A stretch of DNA of 52,617 nt from contig MCFE01000616.1 of assembly GCA_002104905.1 (NCBI GenBank), forward strand, positions 1 to 52,617. The letters are read 5' to 3'. Source of the DNA: Basidiobolus meristosporus CBS 931.73 (Eukaryota > Fungi > Basidiobolomycota). The translations under genes and the position numbers were made by a program. Position 1 is the first letter of the stretch; each line of letters starts with the position of its first letter. A model generated the notes under the pieces. The model did not search any database and was not told the DNA's origin. It was given only the letters and a program-made list of their open reading frames with translations. This document shows, piece by piece, positions 37,767 to 49,110 of this stretch.

Positions 37767-38720
37767 TTAATAATCACAGTACATTTGATTCACACCCCCA
37801 CGACAAACGGTTCCTGGAGCACAACGTTGTGTATATTCATATCCATTCGTGCAGACCTTGAACTCCCGGGATTGCCCAGGACTAACACATTTGGTCTCAA
37901 AGCCAGAACAGCGGCCAGGTTTGTTGCCTGGCTTAGATGGCTCAGTAGGGACCGGGTTGGAGGTAACCGTAGGCTTGTCAGAAGCAGCAGGCTTGGTGGG
38001 GGTAGGCTTGGCCGAGTCAGTGCTAGAAGGAGCTGGCTTGGTAGAGGTCGGCTTAGGTGGGGTGGAAGGCTCAGGATTGGTCTCGCTGCTGCCATTCCCA
38101 GTCACCTTCACCGTAGGTCTCTTGGGGAACAGGTCCTTGCCACTATACCCACCGTGAGTGAACTCGGGGATAGTGACATATCCAGGAAGATTGGCAACAA
38201 GCAGCTTTGGTCCGGTAATCGAGCCACTCGGGCTGCCTTGGACCTCAATATCAGCGCAGTTCATGTAGTACTCGCGATTTCCAGTCTTGTTGATCCAAGC
38301 CCAGGCAAATGTGGCCCTGCCACTGGGTGCCCCGGCTGGAATGGTGATGCTGTACTCACGAGACGCGATCAGGCAGTCGTCAAAGACATCCTTGAGGACA
38401 ACATAGGTCTTGTCATCGTAGGAGAGAGCGAATTGGCAATGGCCACCATCGTGAGGAGCTCCTCCCCCGATCTTTACTGGGAGACTGTTTCCAGCCTTGA
38501 TGGTCTGAACCACTCCGCCCTTGCCAAAGCCACGGCAAGGATATGGCCAACGACCCGTCTCCAATGGCGACGTCATGTCGTAATCAGGAGTACCCTTGTA
38601 AGTCGGGTTATACTGAGACTGACGTGGAGGTGGTTGGACCATTTCCATATGCCCCAAAGCATAGGGAGCAAGAGCCAGCAATGCAAGCGCGGGGAGAGAA
38701 AGCTTCGAGAGGACCATCAT
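37767..38720 (-). CDS. AA11-type lytic polysaccharide monooxygenase with Pro/Thr/Ser linker and C-terminal Cys-rich chitin-binding-like module; copy A
   Basis: Signal peptide ends ALG|H, giving mature His1 (HMEMVQP.P); YPCRG; GGAPHDGGHCQ (second His); WAWINKTGNREYYMNCA (axial Tyr); 4-Cys C-terminal module. Confidence 0.88.
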   Translation of the reverse strand: MMVLSKLSLPALALLALAPYALGHMEMVQPPPRQSQYNPTYKGTPDYDMTSPLETGRWPYPCRGFGKGGVVQTIKAGNSLPVKIGGGAPHDGGHCQFALSYDDKTYVVLKDVFDDCLIASREYSITIPAGAPSGRATFAWAWINKTGNREYYMNCADIEVQGSPSGSITGPKLLVANLPGYVTIPEFTHGGYSGKDLFPKRPTVKVTGNGSSETNPEPSTPPKPTSTKPAPSSTDSAKPTPTKPAASDKPTVTSNPVPTEPSKPGNKPGRCSGFETKCVSPGQSREFKVCTNGYEYTQRCAPGTVCRGGVNQMYCDY

Positions 38721-38829
38721 GTTAGAGAAGTAGAGGAATAATATAGCCAGCTAGCCTGCTAGAAGATTTGCAGATTTATCTATGCCAGTAGATAGATGTG
38801 GTTGCTGGTGAGGCAGGAACCCTTCAGAG

Positions 38830-38837
38830 TATTTATA
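38830..38837 (-). promoter_or_regulatory. TATA box of LPMO copy A (conserved at 40577-40584 for copy B)
   Basis: TATAAATA on the minus strand ~110 nt upstream of the ATG in both copies, inside a conserved upstream block. Confidence 0.6.
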
Positions 38838-39513
38838 GTAGTTAGTGCGGGGAATCGGCATAGATTAAGAATGGCTAAAGAATGGTTGGTAAATTCCTTG
38901 AACTTTGGAGCTAGTCAATGTACCTTTCCGATTTAGTGTGCTTTATGGGATGTTTCGATGTACTACAAATGTCATTTTCTACTCTTGTTAAACATTTATT
39001 ATCCATATATAGGATTCTTGAGTGCTAGGGATCCTAATGCTGTGCTCGGATATCTAGCATTTCAAGTATTTACATCAATTAGCGCAGTTACACCACATGA
39101 ATCTATTCGGGATGAGGATTGTGGATGTTGGCCATCATTTTAAGTTTTACCAGACTCAGCATTGCATGCACAGCTTCCATATTATCGTATATAACCAGGT
39201 TGCGCATATCTTGTTTTAACTTGGAGATTATTCCATCCAGAAGGATAATTTGATATATTTCATCTAAATCGTGGTCTCCACATTAATTAGTGCTATATTG
39301 TGAGAACACTCTTGGCGACCAGCAATGGGAGTGAATCTATGCCGAATATACCTTATATTTCAGTAATATGTTCCTCGAATACGTGCATTTATCATATGTT
39401 ACTAATAACCGAATTTAATACCTACTCAACTGCCATTTATATTGGCATTGTTTGATATCGATCATTAAATGTGAATTTTATTTGGTTGAAGTACCATTTC
39501 TCAGATTAATTAC

Positions 39514-40467
39514 CTAGTAGTCACAGTACATTTGATTCACACCACCACGACAAACGGTTCCTGGAGCACATCGTTGTGTATATTCATAACCATTGGTGCA
39601 GACCTTGAACTCCCGGGATTGCCCAGGGCTAACACATTTGGTCTCAAAGCCAGAGCAGCGGCCAGGTTTGTTGCCTGGTTTAGATGGCTCAGTAGGGACC
39701 GGGTTGGAGGTAACCGTAGGCTTGTCAGAAGCAGCAGGCTTGGTAGGGGTAGGCTTGGCCGAGTCAGTGCTAGAAGGAGCTGGCTTGGTAGAGGTCGGCT
39801 TAGGTGGGGTGGAAGGCTCAGGATTGGTCTCGCTGCTGCCATTCCCAGTCACCTTCACCGTAGGTCTCTTGGGGAACAGGTCCTTGCCACTATACCCACC
39901 GTGAGTAAACTCGGGGATAGTGACATATCCAGGAAGATTGGCAACAAGCAGCTTTGGTCCGGTAATCGAGCCACTCGGGCTGCCTTGGACCTCAATATCA
40001 GCGCAGTTCATGTAGTACTCGCGATTTCCAGTCTTGTTGATCCAAGCCCAGGCAAATGTGGCCCTGCCACTGGGTGCCCCGGCTGGAATGGTAATGCTGT
40101 ACTCACGAGACGCGATCAGGCAGTCGTCAAAGACATCCTTGAGGACAACATAGGTCTTGTCATCGTAGGAGAGAGCGAATTGGCAATGGCCACCATCGTG
40201 AGGAGCTCCTCCCCCGATCTTTACTGGGAGACTGTTTCCAGCCTTGATGGTCTGAACCACTCCGCCCTTGCCAAAGCCACGGCAAGGATATGGCCAACGA
40301 CCCGTCTCCAATGGCGACGTCATGTCGTAATCAGGAGTACCCTTGTAAGTCGGGTTATACTGAGACTGACGTGGAGGTGGTTGGACCATTTCCATATGTC
40401 CCAAAGCATAGGGAGCAAGAGCCAGCAATGCAAGCGCGGGGAGAGAAAGCTTCGAGAGGACCATCAT
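39514..40467 (-). CDS. AA11-type LPMO, copy B (protein identical to copy A)
   Basis: Same 317-aa translation, offset 1747 bp; only synonymous nucleotide differences. Confidence 0.88.
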   Translation of the reverse strand: MMVLSKLSLPALALLALAPYALGHMEMVQPPPRQSQYNPTYKGTPDYDMTSPLETGRWPYPCRGFGKGGVVQTIKAGNSLPVKIGGGAPHDGGHCQFALSYDDKTYVVLKDVFDDCLIASREYSITIPAGAPSGRATFAWAWINKTGNREYYMNCADIEVQGSPSGSITGPKLLVANLPGYVTIPEFTHGGYSGKDLFPKRPTVKVTGNGSSETNPEPSTPPKPTSTKPAPSSTDSAKPTPTKPAASDKPTVTSNPVPTEPSKPGNKPGRCSGFETKCVSPGQSREFKVCTNGYEYTQRCAPGTVCRGGVNQMYCDY

Positions 40468-42731
40468 GTTAGAGAAGTAGAGGAATAATATAGCCAGCTA
40501 GCCTGCTAGAAGATTTGCAGATTTATCTATGCCAGTAGATAGATGTAGTTGATGGTGAGGCAGGAACCCTTCAGAGTATTTATAGTAGTTGGTGCGGAGA
40601 ATCAGTACAGATATAGGATGACTGAAGGGTGGTTGTGAAATTTCTTAAAACTACTATTACTAGTCAACACTACTTATTACACAAGAGTTTGAGGCAATTA
40701 TCCTTCTGCTTTTACATTACGATACCGTTTACAGCGTGACATTTTTCACTGTTCCTTTTGGTTGAACATTCACTACCCATATATAGCATTATTAAGGACC
40801 AGGGCCTACCTTACAATGAGCACATAGATATAGGTTACACACTATGCATATGGCTTCTGAATGCCAAAGTTTGTAATGAAAATCTGGAACTTGCAAGGTA
40901 ACTCGATATGCTACAATCGATAGTAATCTTGTGCTACGGTCCCAGGACAACGTGCCACTTTTATGCAAGAAGAGCAGCAGTATTCATGCAGAAACACTGC
41001 GCGGTCCAAACCTGTAATTTGAATATTGTGTAATAACTCATTGTCACCTTAGAGAGCTATATCAAAAATTTTCTTTGGGGAAATTAACAGTATCACTTAA
41101 CATACTAGTCACAATTAGAGCTGTTCCTTACGCAAGCACCCACAGAGTCAAATCGACACCACTCACCTTCATAATCCAGCAACTAAATTGGTGGTAGCTT
41201 AAGAAGACTTGGTCAAGTCATATTAAAATCTGCTCATTAAGCGAAACTGGCTATTTTGGATTATGCTAGCCAACTGATCTTACCAGAGTTTTGGTTTTAC
41301 GGCTTCATAAAGCAGCGGTTATGGTAGTTAATTACAAGCGATGCATTTTAGGATCATTCAAATAATCTTGTGGAACGAATCCACGTTGGGGCCAAATAGG
41401 TTCGGGGTTCAATTCCTGGTTAAACTCGATTATGCTTGAATCATATTATCTCTAGTGAAATCAAATGCTTTAATTAGTTTACCACACCTTCTGGACTGAT
41501 TTTGTATGGCACTTTAATGAAACACGTTGTTTGTTTCCAGAATACTGTATAGAGCTACCCAAGTTGGAAGAAAAGATTTGATTTTCTAGCAGTAAGGTTG
41601 TTAATTTCTAACTATTATGCAATATTTGCATATACAGGTAAATAAACACCATTACTTGTACAGGTTTGTTTTTTATCCAATGGTGAAGACTAATTTATTT
41701 TTGAAAAGCAAGTGTATTAATTAGTAAATAGCCTCAAGGAATTGCCTCCTCAAATTTCCTACTGAAACTACTCACCAAACACCAACAGAAATCCAGCTTT
41801 CCTTGTATTTACAATTTTCAGCAAACAATGTTCTAGCCCTATTGAGGATCAAAATACATATATGCTTGGATATATTTTGCCTGCTTAATCTGCATCTCAA
41901 ATACTGTTATATGCAGTCCACTTACTCCTGTTTTGTACCTCAAAAGCTGACAAAAAAAAGAGGTTGATAATAGAATACTGTATCCAATCCTGGCTTGATA
42001 CTTTGCACAGAAGTTGTTTAGTTGAGGTAATCAACCTGGAGTACTCAGTCTTGGTGGTAATGAGCAGTCTTGTATTGACATATGGGGAACCAGTCAATTG
42101 TTCCTTATCAAAGAGTTTATGCTTGAGATTCACTTGAAAGCTTACAGGTATTCTGATTGTATTTTGCAGGCATCCAGCTGGTGTTTTTCCTAGATATATA
42201 TGGTAGTAAATTTTGTGGAAGTAGAGAGTGACTTATTACCAGATCTGGTATAGGTTTTATTTAGCCTTGCCTCATTCTAAAAAGCAATACTTCTTCTCTA
42301 TCTGACAGCTGGAGCCTGCAATATATAATCTTGTGTGATTAGATAAATTTGGAGCTTGGCTAAGTACTATGCTGATTATCCCTAGGCCTTTTGTATTGTT
42401 TTTCACTTGGGGATTTTGCTGGTACTCAGCAGGTAATTAACAGACACTCAGCTAGTGTGTTTCCTTTGAATTCCTAGCTGTAAGCTATTGGGGAAGTAGT
42501 GGGTAGTTTATAATCAATTCAAGTTTAAGTGCTATTCCACCTAACCTTCTACTTAGACAACACACACATTTCTTCTGCAAACAAGTTTACACTAACTGAC
42601 ATCCAAAATAAACAGTATAGATGTGGCTCCAGGGATGAGTGGAATGTGCATCATCAGAAACAACCAACCATAGATATGAATACACAGTCAGGCATAGTAG
42701 AAATTGAAACCTTTATGCTCAGAACATCAGG

Positions 42732-43051
42732 AGGGTTAGGGGGAAACAGTCACCAACAGGTGAAATCTTTATTTCAGTTGAAACAAAGAAGCCAGCACTA
42801 CTGTTGTAGCTTTGATACAAGAGTGTGTAGCTGAGGGGAATTTGTAGGTAAGTTTACAAGAAGTGATGATAGTTCTTCAGTGCTCAAGACACTGTTCAGG
42901 GGGAAGGGGGGTAGCAAGAGGGGTAAGAATGATTTGTGAACAACATTAATGAGGGGAATATGATAAGGATTGATATTCATCATAAAGGGAGTGTGCTGCT
43001 TCAGATATTGCAGCCAAAGGTCTGTCAAGTACTTCAGGTAGGCCAGCTTGG
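42732..43051 (-). mobile_element. 3'-end fragment of the subtelomeric LINE (copy 1), more diverged
   Basis: Matches 49117-49426 and 45158-45465, including the ORF2 C-terminus (KLAYLKYLTDLW...LHTLVSKLQQ*), AATAAA and hairpin; junction reads AGGGTTAGGG. Confidence 0.92.
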
Positions 43052-43916
43052 CCCTATGAAAAGTAATTTGGTCCCACAGGTGGATCCAATCCAGATCATC
43101 CATCAAGATCCTGTTTAGAGACTGTCATAATAACAGCAGCTTGGAATTAGTGACCCTCCTGACAATCTTATAATGAGATCATGATGGTGTTTTGCAAATT
43201 TTACAGCCAAATAAAGGGATAAAACTTGACAATTTTTGGTTGGTGCTATGACAATATTTGCATGGTATTGTTGCGGTCTTTCAGCACTCTATTACTATTT
43301 TAAGTGGATCCAGTTGGCCAGGACTTCCAATTGCCTTATATGGCAAGAAACTTGACAGTATTTTGACAGCCTCACAGAAAGACTCTGATGGCTTTTTCTT
43401 GGCAGTATGATGGCCTGCCACTGGTTCTGTATAATGCTACCATACCAATTTACCAAATGGTATTTCCTTTTTCTACCTCCCCTTGTGCAATTCATATATT
43501 CCTCTGCAGAATCACCCCTGTTGATTTGCTTACCCACTACTATATTGGGTATTCCACATAAAGTTTGAATAAAAAAAAACTATGGCCTCCTGCTTACTAA
43601 CCTCTACAAACACACACACCTGCCACAATTGACATACTTCTATCACCTCAACTATACAGCTTTTTAGTGTGATACTTGCAAAGTTGCCATAAACCTTGTA
43701 CTGCTGGTAGCATATACATCTTGCAAACATATGCTTGGTTGTTGCCACTTCCGCCATGAATACCTCCTGAATATTGGCAAAGAACTTCTTGGTATTTAGC
43801 CAATATATTCCTTCTCCCTGCTGGATTCTAGTCCCCCTTGTAGGTGTGCTCTGGCTTTTGTTTGCGTGAATTCCGTATTGAATGGTGTAGAAGTTGGCTT
43901 GTGACCACAAGAAATC

Positions 43917-44265
43917 TGTTGTAAAAACTTGTAATTCCACCTAAATATTCACCTAACTTAGTCAATTAAATCATTACCCTCAAATTCTAGAGAATACTGA
44001 CCAAATTCCTTGTTGGGATTTACTTAGAATATTTTCACCAAAATACCAGGTACCCAGAACATGAAAATTCTCAAAGTTGTCCAAACAGCCCCAAACTTTG
44101 CACACATGTTCTTGGGACCTTTCTTAGCCTACTCTATGTGTTTGCAATGCCAAGACCTGGTAAAAGTATAAATACTACTTTTACATTCCATATATCATTA
44201 AGTGAAAACCACATAATCTACTTGTTCTCCCAATCACTTCCAATATCTCCAAGACTCTTACAACA
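43917..44265 (+). mobile_element. Copia 5' LTR (349 bp)
   Basis: TGTTGTAA...TTACAACA; same family as 2145-2476; immediately followed by a PBS and gag. Confidence 0.93.
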
Positions 44266-44277
44266 GGTTATGAGCCC
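44266..44277 (+). promoter_or_regulatory. Primer binding site GGTTATGAGCCC (half-tRNA-iMet type), containing the gag ATG
   Basis: Directly abuts the LTR end; same PBS type as Ty5 and Drosophila copia; ATG at 44270 opens the gag frame. Confidence 0.85.
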
Positions 44278-44680
44278 CAAGCTGTCACTCTCTGCAATGT
44301 CTACTACTGCTATTACTGGAATTTTTTCCTCTGCTGAAAAGTTGGATGGATCTAACTACCAAGTGTGGAAGGTGAAGACAAAGATGCTGCTACAAGAAAG
44401 AGGCCTTTGGGATATTGTCATGGGAAGAAAATGCCCTCCTAAAACTGTGAGAGAGGAAGTCTTGAAGTACCAGAAGAAAAAACAAAGTGCCTCTAACTGC
44501 ATTTGCCTTAATGTTAAAGACAAGTTGCTAATTCAGTGCTCAAGAGCAAAAACAGCAAAGAATGCCTGGAAGGCATTAGAAGACACCTACCAGTCATGTT
44601 CAGCGGCTAGGAAAGTGTATCTGAGACAAAAATTCTTTACTACAAAGATGCTGCCAGCAGAAGAAATGAAAATTCTGTAG
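44270..44680 (+). pseudogene. Truncated copia gag N-terminus
   Basis: EKLDGSNYQVWKVK.KMLL.ERGLWDIV.G...AK.AW.AL...Y.......K..LR.KF (copia gag N-terminal/UBN2-like region); stops where the host repeat resumes. Confidence 0.88.
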
Positions 44681-45212
44681 ACTTGTTCCATTGTACCATG
44701 CCAGGGCACGCGGCGTAATCCGTGGTTGTAAAGGACAATTGGGCGCAACATTATAGCTACCAGAAGGCAGATTTGTTCATGGACAATTTTGCACTATGCG
44801 GGATGATCTTGCACACTATGGCACAATCTGACACAATGAGGTTAGCACGGATGATTGCACCAACTTGTAATGTTTGCATCATGTGCGCAATTGGATATCG
44901 CTACTAAGGCAGGTAAAATCTGGTATTTGGATATGTTTCTTTAATGTAAATGGAAATAAATGTGTATCACACTAATAACTACACTGATACTTACCATTTC
45001 GGTTACCCTCACTCCAATTGGACAGTATCTCAGTGGTTAATTGGTCCAAAAGTATCCTGAAGCTGGCAGCCCCCAATTGGCTCATTGACTACTGAAAAAG
45101 CTACCTGATTTGCCATCAAATATCCCATTTTGCCCATTGAGCAAGTAAATCCTAGGGGAGACAGTCACCAATAGGTGAAATCTTTATTTCAGTTGAAACA
45201 AAGAAGCCAGCG

Positions 45213-47979
45213 CTACTGTTGTGGCTTTGATACAAGAGTGTGTAGCTGAGGGGAATTTGTAGGTAAGTTAATAAGAAGGGATGATAGTTCTTCAGTGCTC
45301 AAGACACTGTTCAGTGGGAAGGGGGGTAGCAAGAGAGGTAAGAATGACTTGTGAACAACATTAATGAGGGAAATGTGATAAGGATTGTTATTCATCATAA
45401 AGGGAGTGTGCTGCTGCAGATATTGCTGCCAAAGGTCTGTCAAGTACTTCAGGTAGGCCAGCTTGGGTTTTCCTGACTGCAGAATAAATTCAGCAAACTT
45501 CTTGACTTCAGGATCTCCAAGTATAGTTCTCCAGCAGGAGCCAGGTGTTGTGGTGTGTTCTCTTCCAGGCCTTAATCAGTGGGCTGTTGCAGTTGTGAAG
45601 TCTGAGGTATAATCTGGTTCTAAGGTAGAGAAGTATGATCTTATAGGGCATAAACCCAAAAGCACCAAGAATAGCATGTCTGTAGGGGCATTCAGGCAAA
45701 TGAGGCACCAAGGAGGTAATGCACCATACTGCAAACTTGTCAAGCTTAGTGCAGTCTCTAGAAGTAAGAGAGAGAAGTGGTAGGCCAAATTCCAGGACAG
45801 GGAAGACAAACTGCTTGAGTAGAAGGAGGCAGCTGGGAGCTGAAGTTGTAGGAGGAGTAACAGCCAGTAGCTTGTGGAGTGCCTGTCTTGCCAGGATAAT
45901 TCTCTTCTTCAGGTGTGCTCCAGAGTCTAGTCCAGTAGGAAGGAAAGGAAAGCCAAGATATGTAGCAGAAACCTGAGCAGGTAGAGTGGAGTTCTCCAAG
46001 TTGATGGGAGAGCCCAAAGGTACTGTCTTTGCAATGGAAAGCTGGAGATTATTCTTCTGCAGATACTGGTGGATGGTCTGGGAGTCTTGTTGCACATTGG
46101 AGGAGGATATTCTGATGTCATCAGCAAAGAGAGTAACCAGGCAGTCAGCTGAGAGTCTTGGGAAATCATTCAGGAAGATGGCAAACAGTATAGGACCAAG
46201 CACAGAGCCTTGAACCACTCCATTAGGAACTGAGTACACAGCTGATTGCTCACTTGGGTGCAGAATTCTTGCTTGTGGATCCAGAAACAGAGACCTGACA
46301 AGGAGGGTGAGAGAGGTACTGGAGAAGCATTGCAGCTTGGACCAAAGCAGATTTCTGTCAACTGAATCAAAGGCCTTAGTAATATCAAACAGAACAGAGG
46401 GATACTTGCACTGGAGAGAGTGATCTTGGCTAAGTATGACTGCATATTCCAAGGAGAGGCCAGGAACAAAGCCAAACTGTGCAGGATGAAACTTGAGGGA
46501 GTCAGAGTAGAGCTCCTGAGCAAGCAGAAGCTCAAACACCTTTCTGCAGGTGGGCAGCAGAGATATTGGCCTGTAGGAGCTAGGATCCAGGTACTTTCCT
46601 TTACCCTTGTACAGTGGCAGAACATTTGCAAAGGACCATTCCTCAGGAGTAGAAAGCTGGGCGGAGCATTGCTGAAACAGTGGAAGCAGAAGTGCAGACA
46701 TGGCCTTGGTACTAGTCTTCAGAAGCTCATAAGAGATTGTGTCCACACCTGGAGCAGTAGAGTTGGGAAGCCTCTTGAGCACATTATGGATTCTCCCTTG
46801 ATCAAGTGCAAGTGGGATGGGCAGAGTCTTGAAATCAGGATGAAAGCCTGGAGTTGAGTACTGCTTTGTAGAGAAGAAGATGTTAGCCAGCTGCTCTGTT
46901 GAAGGTAACTTCCTGGAAGAGGGCCTCATTGCCCTGTAGAGTCTTGATACTGTTCTTGTTATAGAGTTGGAAGATTGCAGAGGCAAGGAACTCATAATAT
47001 GATCCCAGAGCTGAGTATGCAGAGTATGGTGAATTGCCTTGGAGTGGTGTATTGCTGTCAGGAGGAGTTTCTCTGTTTTTGGGTTAGGGAAACTCAGGTA
47101 GCTTTGTTGCAGGGTTGAAACAATGGATTCCCATTTTCTTGAGGTAACAGCAGTAGTCTTGCATGGCAGTGAGAGGGAGGCAGACACCAGAATCAGATGC
47201 TTCACAAAGAGTCAGGCATAGTTGAGATCATCTGGCAGAGAAAGTAGCAAACTGGCAAGCTTCAAGTAGTTCCCAAAGTCTTTCTTCTGATTCTTGGTAG
47301 CTTTGTGGGTGAGCACAGTAAGTTTTGGCAGCTTCTTCTTCACAACTGGTTGCATAGAAAGGGACCAGGCTGGGTGGTCAGATGCTCTCAAGGATCCTAG
47401 CTCAGCTCCAGAGAATTGCTTAACTTCATTCACAAAGTAGAGGGCAGCAGCAGAAGGGCAGATCCAGTCAACACATCTTTTCTCAGATTGAGCACCTAGT
47501 GCTAGCAGATGGCTTTCTCTCAGGAAGTTCAGTAGGAATGTAGACCTTGGCTTCATTCTTGCAGTCAGAGTAGTCTTGCTCTCAGGATGGGGAATGTTGA
47601 GATCTTCAAGCAAGATAATAGGTGTTGGTATAGATTGCTGGTATTGCTAAACTTTCTGGCATATAACTTGCACTTCCTGAAGGGCAAGACTTGGAGGCAG
47701 ATAGCAGAGCACCAGAATGATAGTTGGCAACTGGAGAGCAGCACACTAAGGGGAGTAAAGAGGAACACAGAGCTGAGGAGTATTGATGGTAGAAGAGATG
47801 AAGCAGATAGAGGAGGTATTCTTTGTTCTAGGAGTAGAGAAGCAATATTGATTAGTCAAAAGTATAGAGGGTAGCTGGACATCAATCAAGCACAGGAGGG
47901 AAAATCTTGAAAGAAGTCTCTCTAGAGTTGGTCTTGATGGCTGTATGCTGTTGCAGTTAAGCAACAGAACTTCAGGTAG
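45213..47979 (-). pseudogene. LINE ORF2 (APE-RT) of copy 2, disabled
   Basis: Relative to copy 3: CAG to TAG (~47647), GDLN to EDLN, TGG to TGA (~47212), 2-bp deletion near 45550. Confidence 0.9.
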
Positions 47980-49081
47980 TCAGGCAGAGGTTGTAGCTTC
48001 TTCAGAGGCAGCATTGACAATGTGACCTGCAGAGTCCCAGTGCTCTTCAAATGGTGCATCACTTAAGTCAGCAAGGAGGGAAATGGCATGGTTCTTGAGG
48101 AAGTATGCTACATCATAGGAGGGGGCTTGTCTCTTGATGGCAGCAAAGAAAGACAGAATGGCAACATGGGCTGGAGGCTTGTTGAACAGTAGAGAGTCAG
48201 AGGATTCAGATTCTTCAGGCACTATCTTGAAGTCAGTTTTCAGCCAGTTAAGGTTCTTCTCCACAAAGGCAACAAATGGGTCAGCAATGTTTTGGTCTAG
48301 AATAACCTCCAGAATCTTCCCTTTTCTCCAGGCCAGGTTAACAATTCTTGAGAGCTGAATATTGCATGCCTTGAGTGCTTTCCTGATGTTGGAAATGGGA
48401 GTCCAGGGAACTTGCTTCAAGTACACCACAGTCCAGGTAGAAGCTGGTGGTAGGTTTGCTGGGGGCTTGTAAGTCCTTCTGTGTGGCAATGTAGCTGCAG
48501 TAGTCAGATTGGAGTCCACATTCTTAGTAGAGGGTTTTCTTGATGTGTCTTGCGGAATGGTACTGGAGCTGGATGTGCTGAGAATTCTTGCTAGAACCTT
48601 GCCTGCATAAGTCTGAGGTATAGCTGAGGTGACTGTAGAGGTGGTGACAGCTGGTGCAGGTGGAGAGGCAGAAACTGAAGCAGGAACTGAGGTCACCTGG
48701 GAGAAGGCAGTAGAAGCAGGTTTTCTGGGAGGAACAGAGTTCACTATCCAGTTGTTCTGTAAAACACTGGAGTAGCTTTTCTGTGGAACAGGATCTTGCT
48801 CTTGAACAGGAACAGAAGCAGGAGGCTGGGGCTGAGCAGTAGTGGTAAGAGAGTGGCACTCCAAGGAAGCTTTTGCAAGGCATCTCTGGCAGTTTTCAGG
48901 GCAGTATTGGCTTCATTCTTGAGCTTCTTGCATTGGGCATCCAGTCTCTTGTTTTCAATAGCCAGGACAGTATTGGCAGCCTCTAAATCAGCAATTCACT
49001 TCTCAATTGCAAGGAATCTCTGACAAAATGCATCAGTAGAAGTGCGGCAACTGGGAGAGCAGTGGCAGGAATAGACTCCAT
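47980..49081 (-). pseudogene. LINE ORF1 of copy 2: N-terminal coiled coil, Ser/Pro/Thr low-complexity linker, RRM-like C-terminal block; 2 frameshifts and 1 stop in the 5' part
   Basis: Reconstructed MESIPATALPVAA/TSTDAF...IEK*IADLEAANTVLAIENKRLDAQCKKLKNEAN.../ASLECHSL...WTVVYLKQVP..ISNIRKALK..I..IVNLAW..GKILEVIL; no CCHC knuckle seen. Confidence 0.75.
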
Positions 49082-49110
49082 TGACAGTGGCTTCTTGAGG
49101 CAGAAGTGAC

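Larger units (their letters stand above)
43052..45150. repeat. Right copy of the unclassified repeat (inverted relative to 2477-3640), interrupted by a copia 5' fragment
   Basis: Reverse complement aligns to 2477-2895 (44681-45090) and 2895-3640 (43052-43800). Confidence 0.75.
45153..49110 (-). mobile_element. Non-LTR (LINE) retrotransposon copy 2, near full length (~3.96 kb): ORF1 plus APE-RT ORF2, mutated
   Basis: ORF2 has APE (LLLNCNS, CYLPP, SDH) and RT motifs (APGVD.I..ELLK, YRPISLL, QFGF, DITKAFDSV, GVVQGSVLGPILF, LFADD, YLG). About 98% identical by eye to copy 3 over the shared part. Confidence 0.96.

Noticed and set aside
37728-40488. 337-aa and 318-aa + strand ORFs antisense to the LPMOs
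   Set aside because: Differences between the copies are synonymous only in the minus-strand LPMO frame.
2145-44265. 41-kb gene block as cargo of a composite LTR element (directly oriented LTRs at each side)
   Set aside because: The left LTR is a 3' LTR (after PPT and pol) and the right is a 5' LTR (before PBS and gag); they differ by an indel and substitutions and belong to separate insertions.
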